NCBI GenBank assembly: GCA_002452635.1
Contig: DKEU01000237.1
Span: forward strand, 1-36,739
Direction: 5' to 3'
From: Desulfovibrionaceae bacterium UBA6814
GTDB lineage: Bacteria > Desulfobacterota > Desulfovibrionia > Desulfovibrionales > Desulfovibrionaceae
Length of the DNA stretch: 36,739 nt
Below the pieces are notes generated by a model. It did no database searches. It was given only the letters and a program-made list of their open reading frames with translations, and was not told the DNA's origin. Shown one piece after another: positions 16,766 through 26,090 of this stretch. How positions within the stretch are numbered: the stretch's first letter is position 1; every line of letters begins with the position of its first letter. The translations under genes and the position numbers were made by a program.

Positions 16766-19684
16766 ATGCCGCGTCCCTTCTCCATCGTGGACTGGGGCCG
16801 GGACTTCCCGCGCGCCCTGGCCGGGCTGCTGCCGGATGGCGCGGACCTGGGCCGCACCCTGGTGGTGTTCCCGCACCAACGGCCCCGGCGCTACCTGTAC
16901 CTGGCCTTGCAGGAGCGCGCTGCCGGCCGGCCGGTGCTGGCCCCGGAGATCGCGACCATAGGCGAGCTGTTCCCGCTGCTACGCCGCCGCCTGGAGGGCC
17001 GGGTGCTGGCCCCGGCCCTGGACCTGGACCAGGCCGGGCTCCTGGCCGACATCGTGCGGGACCTGGGCGCAGCGGCCGGCCCCCTGGCCAGGCTCGCGCC
17101 CGAGCGGTTCTTCCCCTGGGGCCTGCGCCTGGCCGGGCTGCTGGAGGAGCTGGCCGCGCACAACCTGGACCCGTCCAATCTGGCCGGGCTGGAGGGCTCG
17201 GTGGAGGACGCGGCCGCGGAGATACTGGCGCGGCTCGCGCGCCTGGGCCGGGCCCTGGACGCCCAACTGGACGGGCTGGGCCTCACCACCCCGGGCCGGG
17301 ACGCGGCCTGGGTGGCGCGCCACGCCGAGGAGGCCTGCGCCGCCCTAGAGGGACGGCAGGTGGTGCTGGCCGGATTTCACGCCCTGACCGGGTGCGAGGA
17401 CGCCCTGTTCCGCGCCCTGTGGCGCTGCAGCGCGCAGGTGGTGCTGCACACCGACGCCAAGCTGGCCGAGTCCCCGGACGCGGCGCACTGGTCCTGCGCG
17501 GAGCACGCCGACTGGCTCGCCCGGTGGAGCGCCCGGGCCGAGGCTGCGGTCCCGGCCCTGCCGAACCCCGAGCAGCACATCCATTTCCACGAGGGCTACG
17601 ACCTGCACTCCCAACTGGGCCTGCTGCCCGGGCTCCTGGCCGAACCGGCGCAGGGGCCCACCGCGGTGGTCCTGCCGGACACCGGCCTGCTCATGCCCGT
17701 GCTGCACCACCTGCCCATGAAGGAGGTCAACGTGAGCATGGGCTACCCCCTGGCTCGGTCCAACCTGGCCCGGCTGGTGGAGTGCCTGTGTTCGCTCCAG
17801 GAGAACGCCCGGGAGCCCGAGCGCGGGGGCGGCTATTTGTGGCGCGACCTGGTGGCCCTGGTGCGGCACCCCTACCTGCGCATGCTCCCGGCCGGGGGCG
17901 GCCGCACCCTGCGCAGCGTGTTCAAGGTGCTGGAGGAGCGGCTGCGCACCGGCCGGACCTACGCGGACCCGCGCGGCGTGCTCCTGGAGGACGGGGACCT
18001 GCCCGAGGGCGTGGACCCGGCCCTGGTCCGGGACGCCTTGGAACAGGCCTGGACGGTCTGCCTGGACCGCTTCGCCCAGGCCGGGACCCTGGCCGGCCTG
18101 GGGGAGGCCCTGCTGGACCTGGCCCGGCTGCTGGTGCCGGAGGAGTCTCCCGACGGCGCGGAGCGGCACGGGCTGTGGCACCGGTTCCCGGTGGACGCCG
18201 AGTGCCTGTGCCGGCTCACCCGGTCCGTGGCCCCCACGCTCCTGGAGAGCCGGGCCAGCGCCACGCCCCTGCCCCGGGAGACCCTGTTCACGGTGCTGCG
18301 CGAGCTGCTGGCCCGGGAGCGCGCGCCCTTCGAGGCCGAGCCCCTGACCGGCGTGCAGGTGCTGGGCATGCTGGAGACCCGGCTGCTCTCCTTCGACCGG
18401 GTGCTGGTGCTGGACGCCACCGAGGACAGCCTGCCCGGCCCGCCGTCGCGCGACCCGCTCCTGCCCGACCCCCTGCGCCGGGACCTGGGCCTGCCGGACA
18501 GCCGGCAGCGCAGCCGGGTGGCGGCGCACACCTTCTTCGCCCTGCGCGCCGCGGGCCGGGACATCCACCTGCTCACCCAGCGCGGGGCCGTGAGCCGCGG
18601 CCCGCTCTCGGGCAAGAGCGTGCGCAGCCGCTTCCTGGAGGAGCTGCTCTGGGAGGAGGAGCAGCGCCGCGGCGACTTGGTCAAGGCCGGCGACCCCTTC
18701 CTGGGCGCGGTGCCCCTGCGGGTGGCCGCGCCCCGGCCGCTCACGCCGGGCCAGGCCAAGACCCCGGCCGTGGCGGACAAGCTCTCGCGCATGCTGGCCA
18801 CCAAAGCTTTCTCGGCCTCGCGCCTGGACGCGTACCTGAACTGCCCGCTCCAGTTCTTCCACCGCTACCTCACGCCCCTGCGCGAGGTGGAGGAGGTGAG
18901 CGAGGACGGCGACCCGGCCGAGCTGGGCACCCTGGTGCACGACCTGCTGGCCCAGGCCCTGCGGCCGCACCTGGACCGGGACATCGGGCCGGACACCCTG
19001 GACCCCGCGGCCCTGGCCGCCGACTTCGCGGCCCGGCTGGAGGGCGCGGCCTTCTTCCGCAACATGCCCTGGCGCAGGCGGCAGGCCCTGCAGCGGGTGG
19101 GCATGGAGCGGCTGCGCCGCTTCGCCTGCGCCGTGCCCCCGGGCCGGCTCCTGGCCCTGGAGACCGACTGCAGCGCCCACCTGGCCGGCGGCGCGGGCGG
19201 GCGCAGCCTGTTCGGCCGGCTGGACCGGGTGGACCGCCGGGCAGACGGGTGCTGGGTGCTGGACTACAAGACCGGCGGCCCGCGCAAGCCGAGCCAGGGC
19301 TTCTGGAGCAACGATTCCCTGTGGGAGCGCATGGAGGCCTGGGCCCCGGGCCAGGACGAGACCCTGCTCGCGGACCTGGCGGGCACGGTGCAGAGCGTGC
19401 AGTTGCCGCTCTACCTGCACCTGTGGTTCAAGGACCGGGGCGAGGCCCCGGCCAATGCCGCGGCCGTGGAGTTGCGGCTGTCCGGGGCCGAGATGCCCCT
19501 GTTCCCGGACAAGTCCCCCGAGGGGCTGGCCGCGAAGGTGGCCACGGACCTGGCCCCGCGCCTGGCCGCGTTCCTGCTGCGCCACCTGGAGGAGTCGGAA
19601 TCGTTCGCGGCCCGGACCGGGCCGCACTGCACCTGGTGCGTGTACGGCTACGCCTGTCCCGCGCCGGAAAAACCCCGCAGGTGA
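16766..19684 (+). CDS. AddB-like PD-(D/E)XK nuclease subunit with an Fe-S-type cysteine set
   Basis: ATG 16766 follows the addA-like stop directly. No Walker A is visible in the N-terminal half. The C-terminal nuclease region is SASRLDAYLNCPLQFFHRYL, GTLVHDLL, GRLDRVD...VLDYKTGG and QLPLYL. The cysteines are C...CTWCVYGYAC (CxxCx5C plus an upstream Cys), as in AddB/Cas4-type clusters. Confidence 0.8.
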   Translation: MPRPFSIVDWGRDFPRALAGLLPDGADLGRTLVVFPHQRPRRYLYLALQERAAGRPVLAPEIATIGELFPLLRRRLEGRVLAPALDLDQAGLLADIVRDLGAAAGPLARLAPERFFPWGLRLAGLLEELAAHNLDPSNLAGLEGSVEDAAAEILARLARLGRALDAQLDGLGLTTPGRDAAWVARHAEEACAALEGRQVVLAGFHALTGCEDALFRALWRCSAQVVLHTDAKLAESPDAAHWSCAEHADWLARWSARAEAAVPALPNPEQHIHFHEGYDLHSQLGLLPGLLAEPAQGPTAVVLPDTGLLMPVLHHLPMKEVNVSMGYPLARSNLARLVECLCSLQENAREPERGGGYLWRDLVALVRHPYLRMLPAGGGRTLRSVFKVLEERLRTGRTYADPRGVLLEDGDLPEGVDPALVRDALEQAWTVCLDRFAQAGTLAGLGEALLDLARLLVPEESPDGAERHGLWHRFPVDAECLCRLTRSVAPTLLESRASATPLPRETLFTVLRELLARERAPFEAEPLTGVQVLGMLETRLLSFDRVLVLDATEDSLPGPPSRDPLLPDPLRRDLGLPDSRQRSRVAAHTFFALRAAGRDIHLLTQRGAVSRGPLSGKSVRSRFLEELLWEEEQRRGDLVKAGDPFLGAVPLRVAAPRPLTPGQAKTPAVADKLSRMLATKAFSASRLDAYLNCPLQFFHRYLTPLREVEEVSEDGDPAELGTLVHDLLAQALRPHLDRDIGPDTLDPAALAADFAARLEGAAFFRNMPWRRRQALQRVGMERLRRFACAVPPGRLLALETDCSAHLAGGAGGRSLFGRLDRVDRRADGCWVLDYKTGGPRKPSQGFWSNDSLWERMEAWAPGQDETLLADLAGTVQSVQLPLYLHLWFKDRGEAPANAAAVELRLSGAEMPLFPDKSPEGLAAKVATDLAPRLAAFLLRHLEESESFAARTGPHCTWCVYGYACPAPEKPRR

Positions 19685-19714
19685 GCCAGATGAGAGAAAT
19701 GAGGGAGGTGAGCC

Positions 19715-20155
19715 ATGCAGGCGGCTGAAGCGACCCTGGGCCGGGTGTTCGTGCTGCGGCTGGGCGACGGGGATCGGGTTCCCGGCTGCATCGAGGAGTT
19801 CGCCCAGGACAAGGGCGTGCTGCGGGGCTTCTGCCTGCTCCTGGGCGGGGTGGGCGGCGGCAAGGTGGTGGTGGGCCCCGAGGACGGGGACGCCGCGCGC
19901 ATCACGCCCATGGTGGCGGCCCTGGCCGGGGTGCACGAGATCGCGGCCGTGGGCACCCTCTTCCCTGACGAATCAGGGACCCCCAGGCTGCACATGCACG
20001 CGGCCCTGGGCCGCGGCGGCGCGCCGGTGGTGGGCTGCGTGCGCCAGGGCGTGAACATCTGGCGGCTGGGCGAGGTCGTCCTGGTGGAGCTCCTGGGCTC
20101 CATGCGCCGCGCCGTTGACCCGGCCTTCGGCTTCGAGGTGCTGAAGGTGGAGTGA
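19715..20155 (+). CDS. PPC-domain (DUF296) protein
   Basis: ATG 19715 is preceded by GAGGGAGG. The 146-aa product contains RVFVLRLGDGDRVPGCIEEFAQDKGV ... HEIAAVGTLFPDESG.PRLHMHAALG, which fits the PPC/DUF296 pattern. Confidence 0.7.
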   Translation: MQAAEATLGRVFVLRLGDGDRVPGCIEEFAQDKGVLRGFCLLLGGVGGGKVVVGPEDGDAARITPMVAALAGVHEIAAVGTLFPDESGTPRLHMHAALGRGGAPVVGCVRQGVNIWRLGEVVLVELLGSMRRAVDPAFGFEVLKVE

Positions 20156-20394
20156 TGCAGTTAGCGAAGAATCGAACCTACACCCTGGCCGAGGTCTTCC
20201 CGGATCTGCACCAGGGCAGCGCCATCCGTGGCCTGCGCTACCGCGAGGGCCTGACCCAGAAGCGTCTGGCCGAGATGGTTGGCATCCACCCCAGCCATAT
20301 CTCCGAAATGGAGCGCGGCAAGCGGCCCATCGGCAAGGCCATGGCCAAGCGCCTGGCCAAGGCCCTGGGCACGTCGTACAAGGTGTTTCTCTAG
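20155..20394 (+). CDS. XRE-family helix-turn-helix transcriptional regulator (79 aa)
   Basis: ATG 20155 overlaps the PPC gene stop (TGATG); GTG 20152 is an alternative start. The HTH is LTQKRLAEMVGIHPSHISEMERGKRPIGKAMAKRLAKAL. Confidence 0.8.
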   Translation: MQLAKNRTYTLAEVFPDLHQGSAIRGLRYREGLTQKRLAEMVGIHPSHISEMERGKRPIGKAMAKRLAKALGTSYKVFL

Positions 20395-21359
20395 CCCTTT
20401 CCCTTTCCTTTCTTCCCGGCCTGGGCCCCGGGATGGGCCTTGTCGTAGGCCTCCACGAGCTTCTGGATGGAGAGGTGGGTGTAGCGCTGGGTGGTGGTGA
20501 GGCGGGAGTGGCCGAGGAGCTCCTGCACGCTGCGCAGGTCCGCGCCGGCCTCCAGCAGGTGGGTGGCGAAGGTGTGGCGCAGCACGTGGGGGTGCACGCC
20601 GGCGGGCAGGCCGGCCGACTTGGCCATCTGCTCCAGGATGCGGGCCGCCACCCGGCGGTTCAGGCGGCCGCCCCGGTTGCCCACGAACAGGGCCTCCTCG
20701 TCGGGCAAGGGCTCGAACGCGTCGCGGCAGGACAGGTACTCCCGGATGCGCTTCTTCCCCGCCTCGGTGAGGGGCACGGTGCGCTCCTTGGAGCCCTTGC
20801 CCAGCACCCGCACCCAGCCCCCGGCCAGGTCCACGTCGTCCACGTTCAGGCCCGTGGCCTCGGACACCCGCAGGCCCGAGCCGTAGAGCAGCTCGGCCAG
20901 GGCCATGTCGCGCAGGCCCTCGGGGTCCTCCAGGCGGCCGGCCTCCATGAGGGCCAGGGCCTGGTCCACGTTGAGCGCGTCCGGGTGGCGCTTGTCCGCC
21001 CTGGGGTTGGCCACCCCGGCCACCGGGTTCTCCCGGGCCTGGCCGGTACGCAGCAGGTGCTTGAACAGGCCGCGCAGGGCCGAGAGCTTGCGCCCGGCCG
21101 AGGACTTGCCCACCCCGCGGCGGTGCAGCTCGGCCAGGAAGCCGCGCACCTCCACCCGGCCCACGGCCGCGGGCTCGGCCAGGGACTTGCCCCGGGTGGC
21201 CAGGAACTCCTCGAACTGGGCCAGGTCCCCGGCATAGGCCGCCAGGGTGGCCGGGCTGTAGCCCTTCTCCACCGCCAGCCGGGCCACCCAGGCCTCGGCG
21301 GCCGCGGGCAGCGGGGGCAGGTCGGGCAGGCTGTCCTGCGGGGCCGCCTTGCGCCTCAC
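20391..21359 (-). CDS. xerC: Tyrosine recombinase, XerC/XerD family
   Basis: GTG 21359 overlaps the histidine kinase stop (GTGA). The 322-aa product carries LAELLYGSGLRVSE, VLGKGSKERTVPL, HVLRHTFATHLLEAGADLRSVQELLGHSRLTTTQRYTH (the catalytic R..HxxR..Y set). It has an unusual Lys/Gly-rich C-terminal tail. The choice between XerC and XerD is not resolved. Confidence 0.85.
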   Translation of the reverse strand: MRRKAAPQDSLPDLPPLPAAAEAWVARLAVEKGYSPATLAAYAGDLAQFEEFLATRGKSLAEPAAVGRVEVRGFLAELHRRGVGKSSAGRKLSALRGLFKHLLRTGQARENPVAGVANPRADKRHPDALNVDQALALMEAGRLEDPEGLRDMALAELLYGSGLRVSEATGLNVDDVDLAGGWVRVLGKGSKERTVPLTEAGKKRIREYLSCRDAFEPLPDEEALFVGNRGGRLNRRVAARILEQMAKSAGLPAGVHPHVLRHTFATHLLEAGADLRSVQELLGHSRLTTTQRYTHLSIQKLVEAYDKAHPGAQAGKKGKGKG

Positions 21360-24058
21360 GCAGCCGGCCTCTGCGCCCGGTCGCCGGCCGCATCCGTCTG
21401 GGCCAGGGGCAGGGTGAAGCGGAAGACGCTGCCCCGGCCCGCCTCGCTCTCGACCCAGATGCGGCCCCCGTGCAGCTCCACGATGTGCTTGCAGATGGAC
21501 AGGCCCAGGCCCGTGCCCCGCGGCTTGTCGGTCAGGGTGTCCGAGAGCTGCACGAACTTGCCGAAGAGCTTGCCCATGTCCTGGGCCGGGATGCCGATGC
21601 CGGTGTCCGCCACCTCCACCAGGGCCTTGTTCCCGTCGCGGCGCAGGCGCACCCGCACCGAGCCGGACGGGGTGAACTTCACCGCATTGGAGATGAGGTT
21701 CATGAGCACCTGGAGCACCTTGTCCGGATCGCAGAGAGCCGGGGGCATCCCCCCCTCCAGGTCGTCGGCCCAGGCCAGTCCCTGGGTCTCGAACAGGGAA
21801 CTGGTCTTGTCCCGGGCTTCGCGCACCAGGTCGGCCAGGTCCACGGGCCGGGGCCGCCACTCGGCCCGGCCGGCCTCCAGCTTGGCCAGGTCCAGCACGT
21901 CCCCCATCATCACGGTCAGCCGTTCGCCCTCGGCCAGGATGATCTGCAGGTTGCGCACCACCTGGCCCCCGGCGGCCCGGGCCCGGCCGTTGTTGTCGGC
22001 CAGGGCCGGCAGCACGTCCCGCTCCAGGCGCTTGAGGATGATCTTGGCGAAGCCCAGGATGGAGGTCATGGGCGTGCGCATCTCGTGGGAGAGCATGGTG
22101 ATGAACTCGCTCTTCAGGCGGCTCACCTCCTCGGCCTGCTCCTTGGCCCGCTGCAGGGCCTCCTCCGCGGCCCGGCGCACGGACACGTCCCTCACCACCA
22201 GCACGGTCTCCCTGCCCTCCCGGCCGGCCACCGTGGACAGAGACAACTCCACCGGCACCTCGCGGCCCCCACCCGCGTGCAGGTCGCACTCCACGGTCAT
22301 GCCGGCCTGGACCTCGCCCACGTCTCGGGGAAAGCCCGGCATTTCCTTGCATGTGAAGAGCCCGGCCGCGTCAGCCCCGGCCAATGCGCCGGACGCCCCG
22401 CCGAAGAGGCGCTCCGCCGCCGGGTTGGCGTAGGACACCAGGCCCTGGGGATCGAGCATGAGGATGGCGTCGTAGGCCGAGCCGGTGATCCGGGCCAGGC
22501 GCTCCCGGCTCTCGCGCAGTCCGGCCTCGGCCAGCTCCCGGTCCGCGATCTCGGCCCGCAGGAGGGCGTTGGAGGAATTGAGCTCCTCGGTGCGGGCCTG
22601 CACCCGGGCCTCCATCTGGGCATAGGCCATCTGCAGGGCCTCCTCGGCCCGGCGGCGGTCGGTGTCGTCGAAGAGGACCGCGTGGATCAACCGCTGCCCG
22701 CCGGCCTCCACCAGGCCGGTCTGCACCATGACCTCGCGCATGTCGCCCGAGGCCAGGCGCTGCCGGCACTCGAAGCGGGCCGGCCCGCCGGTCAGGGCCG
22801 TGGCCATGACGGAGCCCAGTTCCTGCCGGGAGAGCATGCACAGGTTGAGCATGGGCATGCCCCGCAGGTCCGCCAGGGGATAGCCGTAGAACTCCGCGGC
22901 AGCGGCGTTGGCGTCCAGCACCAGGCCGGAATCGGGGTCCAGCAGCAGCATCACCGCCCGGTGGTCCGAGAACATGGCCCGGTGCTGCTCCTCGCTCTGG
23001 CGCAGGGCCTCTTCCGAATGCTCCAGGTCCGCGAGCATGGTGTTGATGGACTGCCCCAGCCGGGCCAGCTCGTCCTGGCCGTCCACGGCCACCCGACGGG
23101 ACAGGCCGCCTCCGCCGATGCCCTCCACCTCCTGGGACAGGCCCGCCACCCGGGACAGGATGCGGCGGTCCACCAGCACGTAGAACGCCAGTCCCAGGAG
23201 CAGCACCGTGGAGGCCACGGCAGCCACGGTGTAGTGCAAGGTGTTGCGGCCCTGGCGCATGATGTCCCGGGCGCTGGACACCCGCAGGAGAAAGGCCGGG
23301 CGGCCGCGGGTGTCGCGCAGCAGGGAGAATCCGTCCACAGTGTCCTGGGATACGGCCTGCACCACCATGCCCTGGCCGGCGTTCAGCGCGGCCAGGGCGT
23401 CCGCGGCGTCCACCCCCAGGCCCTCGGCCCGGGCCGGAACCAGGGCCAGGTCCAGGAGGGTGCGCTTGCGCAGCTCCTCCACCAGGGCCTTGTCCACGAA
23501 GCGCCCCATGACCAGGGCGCCCTGCACCGGCCCCTCGGCGTTGCTGTTCAGAATGGGCAGGGCGCCCAGCAGGAGGATGTCGTCCCCAGCCTGCACCAGC
23601 CCGGAATGCTGGCCGCCGGCCGACGTGAAGCGGACCCAGGGCGAATCCGGGGTGAACAGCCTCAACAGCTCCGCCGGAAACGGAACCTCCTTGTCCTCAC
23701 CCGGGTCGTATCGCTTGGCAAAGGCCCGCCGGCCGTCCGGGGCGAAGAACAGCATGACGTCGACCTGGAGGTTCCTGAACGTGGCGTCCATGAGGTTGGA
23801 CTCCATGTAGCCCTCGTCCAGGCCGGCGACAAAACGCGCCGTGTCGTCCCAGTAGGCCCAGTCCTTGAGCACGGTCATCATCCGGGACGTCTCGCCGTCC
23901 AGGGCCACCCGGGCCCGGTGCAGGCTGCTGCTCACATGGCCGCGCTCCAGGTCGGCGTAGCCGGCCATGATGATGCGCTCGGACACCACGGACACCACCG
24001 CAATGCAGACCGCTGCGGTGGCTCCGGCGATGAGCAGGGTGGTTTGCCTCAAGTTCAT
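21356..24058 (-). CDS. Sensor histidine kinase: CHASE4-like periplasmic domain, HAMP, two PAS domains, HisKA, HATPase_c
   Basis: ATG 24058 gives 900 aa. The domains follow in this order:
- N-terminal TM helix
- LKDWAYWDDTARFV, the CHASE4 hallmark
- second TM helix and a HAMP-like segment
- two PAS-like blocks
- H-box EFITMLSHEMRTPMTSI
- N, G1 and G2 boxes: LMNLISNAVKFT, DTGIGIP, GTGLGLSICK. Confidence 0.9.
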   Translation of the reverse strand: MNLRQTTLLIAGATAAVCIAVVSVVSERIIMAGYADLERGHVSSSLHRARVALDGETSRMMTVLKDWAYWDDTARFVAGLDEGYMESNLMDATFRNLQVDVMLFFAPDGRRAFAKRYDPGEDKEVPFPAELLRLFTPDSPWVRFTSAGGQHSGLVQAGDDILLLGALPILNSNAEGPVQGALVMGRFVDKALVEELRKRTLLDLALVPARAEGLGVDAADALAALNAGQGMVVQAVSQDTVDGFSLLRDTRGRPAFLLRVSSARDIMRQGRNTLHYTVAAVASTVLLLGLAFYVLVDRRILSRVAGLSQEVEGIGGGGLSRRVAVDGQDELARLGQSINTMLADLEHSEEALRQSEEQHRAMFSDHRAVMLLLDPDSGLVLDANAAAAEFYGYPLADLRGMPMLNLCMLSRQELGSVMATALTGGPARFECRQRLASGDMREVMVQTGLVEAGGQRLIHAVLFDDTDRRRAEEALQMAYAQMEARVQARTEELNSSNALLRAEIADRELAEAGLRESRERLARITGSAYDAILMLDPQGLVSYANPAAERLFGGASGALAGADAAGLFTCKEMPGFPRDVGEVQAGMTVECDLHAGGGREVPVELSLSTVAGREGRETVLVVRDVSVRRAAEEALQRAKEQAEEVSRLKSEFITMLSHEMRTPMTSILGFAKIILKRLERDVLPALADNNGRARAAGGQVVRNLQIILAEGERLTVMMGDVLDLAKLEAGRAEWRPRPVDLADLVREARDKTSSLFETQGLAWADDLEGGMPPALCDPDKVLQVLMNLISNAVKFTPSGSVRVRLRRDGNKALVEVADTGIGIPAQDMGKLFGKFVQLSDTLTDKPRGTGLGLSICKHIVELHGGRIWVESEAGRGSVFRFTLPLAQTDAAGDRAQRPAA

Positions 24059-24119
24059 GGTAATGCCCCGGATACAATCCGGTCTCCTACGCCCATGGTA
24101 GGGCCTACTGCCCTGCCGG

Positions 24120-25304
24120 TCAATGACGCGGGCCGGCGGCGAAGCGCATCCCGGGCAACTGGTGGAGCAGCCCCTTGAGCTCCATGGCCAGCAGCACCCG
24201 GCCGGTGCGGGCCGCGTCCCAGCCCAGGGAGCGGGTGAGTTCGTCCACCTGCCGCCGCTCCGAGCCCAGGAGGGCGAGCACCGCGCGCTCCTCCTCGGTG
24301 TCCCCCTGGGGCGGGGCCGGCGGGGGCGGCGCAGGCGCGGCCGTGGCCGCGGCGCGGGCGCGGGGTTTCGCAACGCGGCGGGGGGCCGGCCGGGAGGCCA
24401 GCTCCGCCTTGAGCTGGGGCGCCAGGTCCAGGATGACCTCGCCGGCCGAGGCCACCCGCAGGGCGCCCTGCTCCAGGAGTTCGCGCGAGCCGGCGAAGTT
24501 CGGGCTGTCCCCCGGCCCCTCCAGCACGTAGACCTCGCGGCCCTGGTCCAGGGCCAGGCGGGCGGTGATGAGCGCCCCGCTCTTGGCCGGGGCCTCGACC
24601 ACCACCACGCCCAGGCTCAGGCCGCTGATGATCCGGTTGCGCTGCGGGAAATGGCTGCCCCGGGGCTCCGCGCCGGGGGGGAACTCGCTGAGCACCAGGC
24701 CGCGCTCCTTCAGGTCCGCCTGGAGCCCGGCGTTCTCCGCCGGGAAGCACACGTCCAGGCCGCAGCCCAGCACCGCCGCCGTGCCGCCCGGGCCGGCCAG
24801 CCCGCCCAGGTGGGCGGCGCGGTCGATGCCCCGGGCCAGGCCCGAGACCACCGTGATCCCGGCCTCGGACAGGCCCGCGGCCAGGTGCTCGGCCGCCTGC
24901 ACGGCCGGGGCCGAGCAGCGCCGGGTGCCCACCACGGCCACGCAGGGACCGTTGGCCAGCTCGATGCGGCCGGCGCAGTACAGGAGCAGGGGGGGATCCG
25001 GAAGCTGGCGCAGGCGCTCGGGAAAGGCGGGAGAGGCCCAGGTGACCACGCTCAGGTCCGCGGCCCGGGCTGCGGCGAACTCGGCCTTGGCCGCGGCCTC
25101 CCATTCCCGGGCCTGAAACGCCGCGGCCACCTCGGGCGCGGCCAGGTCCAGGCCGGCCCATTGGCCGGCCGCGCCGAAGGCCTCCCAGGCGCTGCCGAAA
25201 TGGCGCAGGAGCGGCCCCCAGGAGCGCGGCCCCAGGCCCGGCGCATGGCGCAGGGCCAGACAGGACTTGAACTCCCTCTCGTCCCACTCCTTCGGGCCGT
25301 TCAT
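24120..25304 (-). CDS. dprA: DNA-processing protein DprA (Smf)
   Basis: 394 aa. Rossmann-fold motifs are VAVVGTRRCS, VVSGLARGIDRAAH, AVLGCGLDVCFP and FPQRNRIISGLS. A C-terminal winged-helix region is present. Confidence 0.9.
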   Translation of the reverse strand: MNGPKEWDEREFKSCLALRHAPGLGPRSWGPLLRHFGSAWEAFGAAGQWAGLDLAAPEVAAAFQAREWEAAAKAEFAAARAADLSVVTWASPAFPERLRQLPDPPLLLYCAGRIELANGPCVAVVGTRRCSAPAVQAAEHLAAGLSEAGITVVSGLARGIDRAAHLGGLAGPGGTAAVLGCGLDVCFPAENAGLQADLKERGLVLSEFPPGAEPRGSHFPQRNRIISGLSLGVVVVEAPAKSGALITARLALDQGREVYVLEGPGDSPNFAGSRELLEQGALRVASAGEVILDLAPQLKAELASRPAPRRVAKPRARAAATAAPAPPPPAPPQGDTEEERAVLALLGSERRQVDELTRSLGWDAARTGRVLLAMELKGLLHQLPGMRFAAGPRH

Positions 25305-25319
25305 GCCGCGGTCCAGGCG

Positions 25320-26090
25320 CTATTTCAGGCTGGAGAGCAGCTTGCGCGCCAGGCCCGCGGGATCGGACTTGGGATAGTCCGCCACCAGGGCTTCCCAATA
25401 GAAGCGGGCGTTCTGGGAATCGCCCAGCTTCTGGTAGGACATGCCCATCTTGAGCAGGGCCGCGGCGGCCTTGTCGTGCTTGGGATGCTGCTGGTGGACC
25501 TGGCGGAAGCTGATGACGGCGTCCGCATAGCGGTCCTGGTTGTAGAAGCTCTCGCCGATCCAGTACTGGGCGTTGGCGGCCAGGTCGCTCTTGGGCCAGG
25601 AGGCCAGGAAGGCCTCGAAGCCCTTGCGCGCCGCCTCGGGCTTGCCTGCGCGCAGGGTGGCCAGGGCGCGGTCGTACTCGGCCTGGGCCCCGGACGCGGC
25701 CGGGGCCGGCTTGGCCGGGGCCTTGGCGGGCGCGGGTTTGGCGGGCGCAGGGGCCGGCTTGGCCATCTTCTCGGGGGCCATGGCCTGGGGAGCCATGGGC
25801 TGGGCGGCCATCTCCGGCACGGGCCGGGACTTGGCCAGATCGTCGAGCATGGCCTTGACCTCGTCCTGGGACTTGGCCAGGCCGTCCACGCGGGACTCCA
25901 GGGCGGCCAGGCGAGCGGTGGCCTGCTGCTCCTGGTCGCTGCGCTGCATGGCCATCTCCTGGGCGGCCAGGGCGTGCTCCTCCAGCTTGCGCAGCCGCCA
26001 TTCGGTGCTGCCCTCGGACTGGTGCGAGGCGCACCCCGCCAGCAGGCCCAGCATCGCCGCCATTCCCACGGCCTTGCGCCATGCGCCCAT
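25320..26090 (-). CDS. cpoB: Tol-Pal-associated cell division coordinator CpoB (YbgF)
   Basis: The lipobox/signal is MLGLLAGC. A coiled-coil N-terminal region and a Pro/Ala/Lys linker follow. The C-terminal TPR block is AEYDRALATLRAGK...AANAQYWIGESFYNQDRYADAVISF...LLKMGMSYQKLGD. Confidence 0.8.
   Translation of the reverse strand: MGAWRKAVGMAAMLGLLAGCASHQSEGSTEWRLRKLEEHALAAQEMAMQRSDQEQQATARLAALESRVDGLAKSQDEVKAMLDDLAKSRPVPEMAAQPMAPQAMAPEKMAKPAPAPAKPAPAKAPAKPAPAASGAQAEYDRALATLRAGKPEAARKGFEAFLASWPKSDLAANAQYWIGESFYNQDRYADAVISFRQVHQQHPKHDKAAAALLKMGMSYQKLGDSQNARFYWEALVADYPKSDPAGLARKLLSSLK

Noticed and set aside
13421-19936. 1152-aa and 863-aa ORFs antisense to the addA-like and addB-like genes, plus out-of-frame plus-strand ORFs (14011-16698, 17392-19728)
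   Set aside because: They show no motifs and are Arg/Gly/Pro-rich. The sense frames carry complete helicase and nuclease motifs.
20391-21359. Xer recombinase considered as the integrase responsible for the 27381-29221 insert or as part of a mobile element
   Set aside because: Its motifs are the canonical XerC/XerD type. It lies about 6 kb from the insert, is stop-start coupled to a housekeeping-looking kinase, and has no flanking att-like repeats or phage or plasmid genes. I cannot fully exclude a role.
20433-24178. 666-aa and 902-aa plus-strand ORFs opposite xerC and the histidine kinase
   Set aside because: These are antisense artefacts. The minus-strand products have canonical recombinase and kinase motifs.
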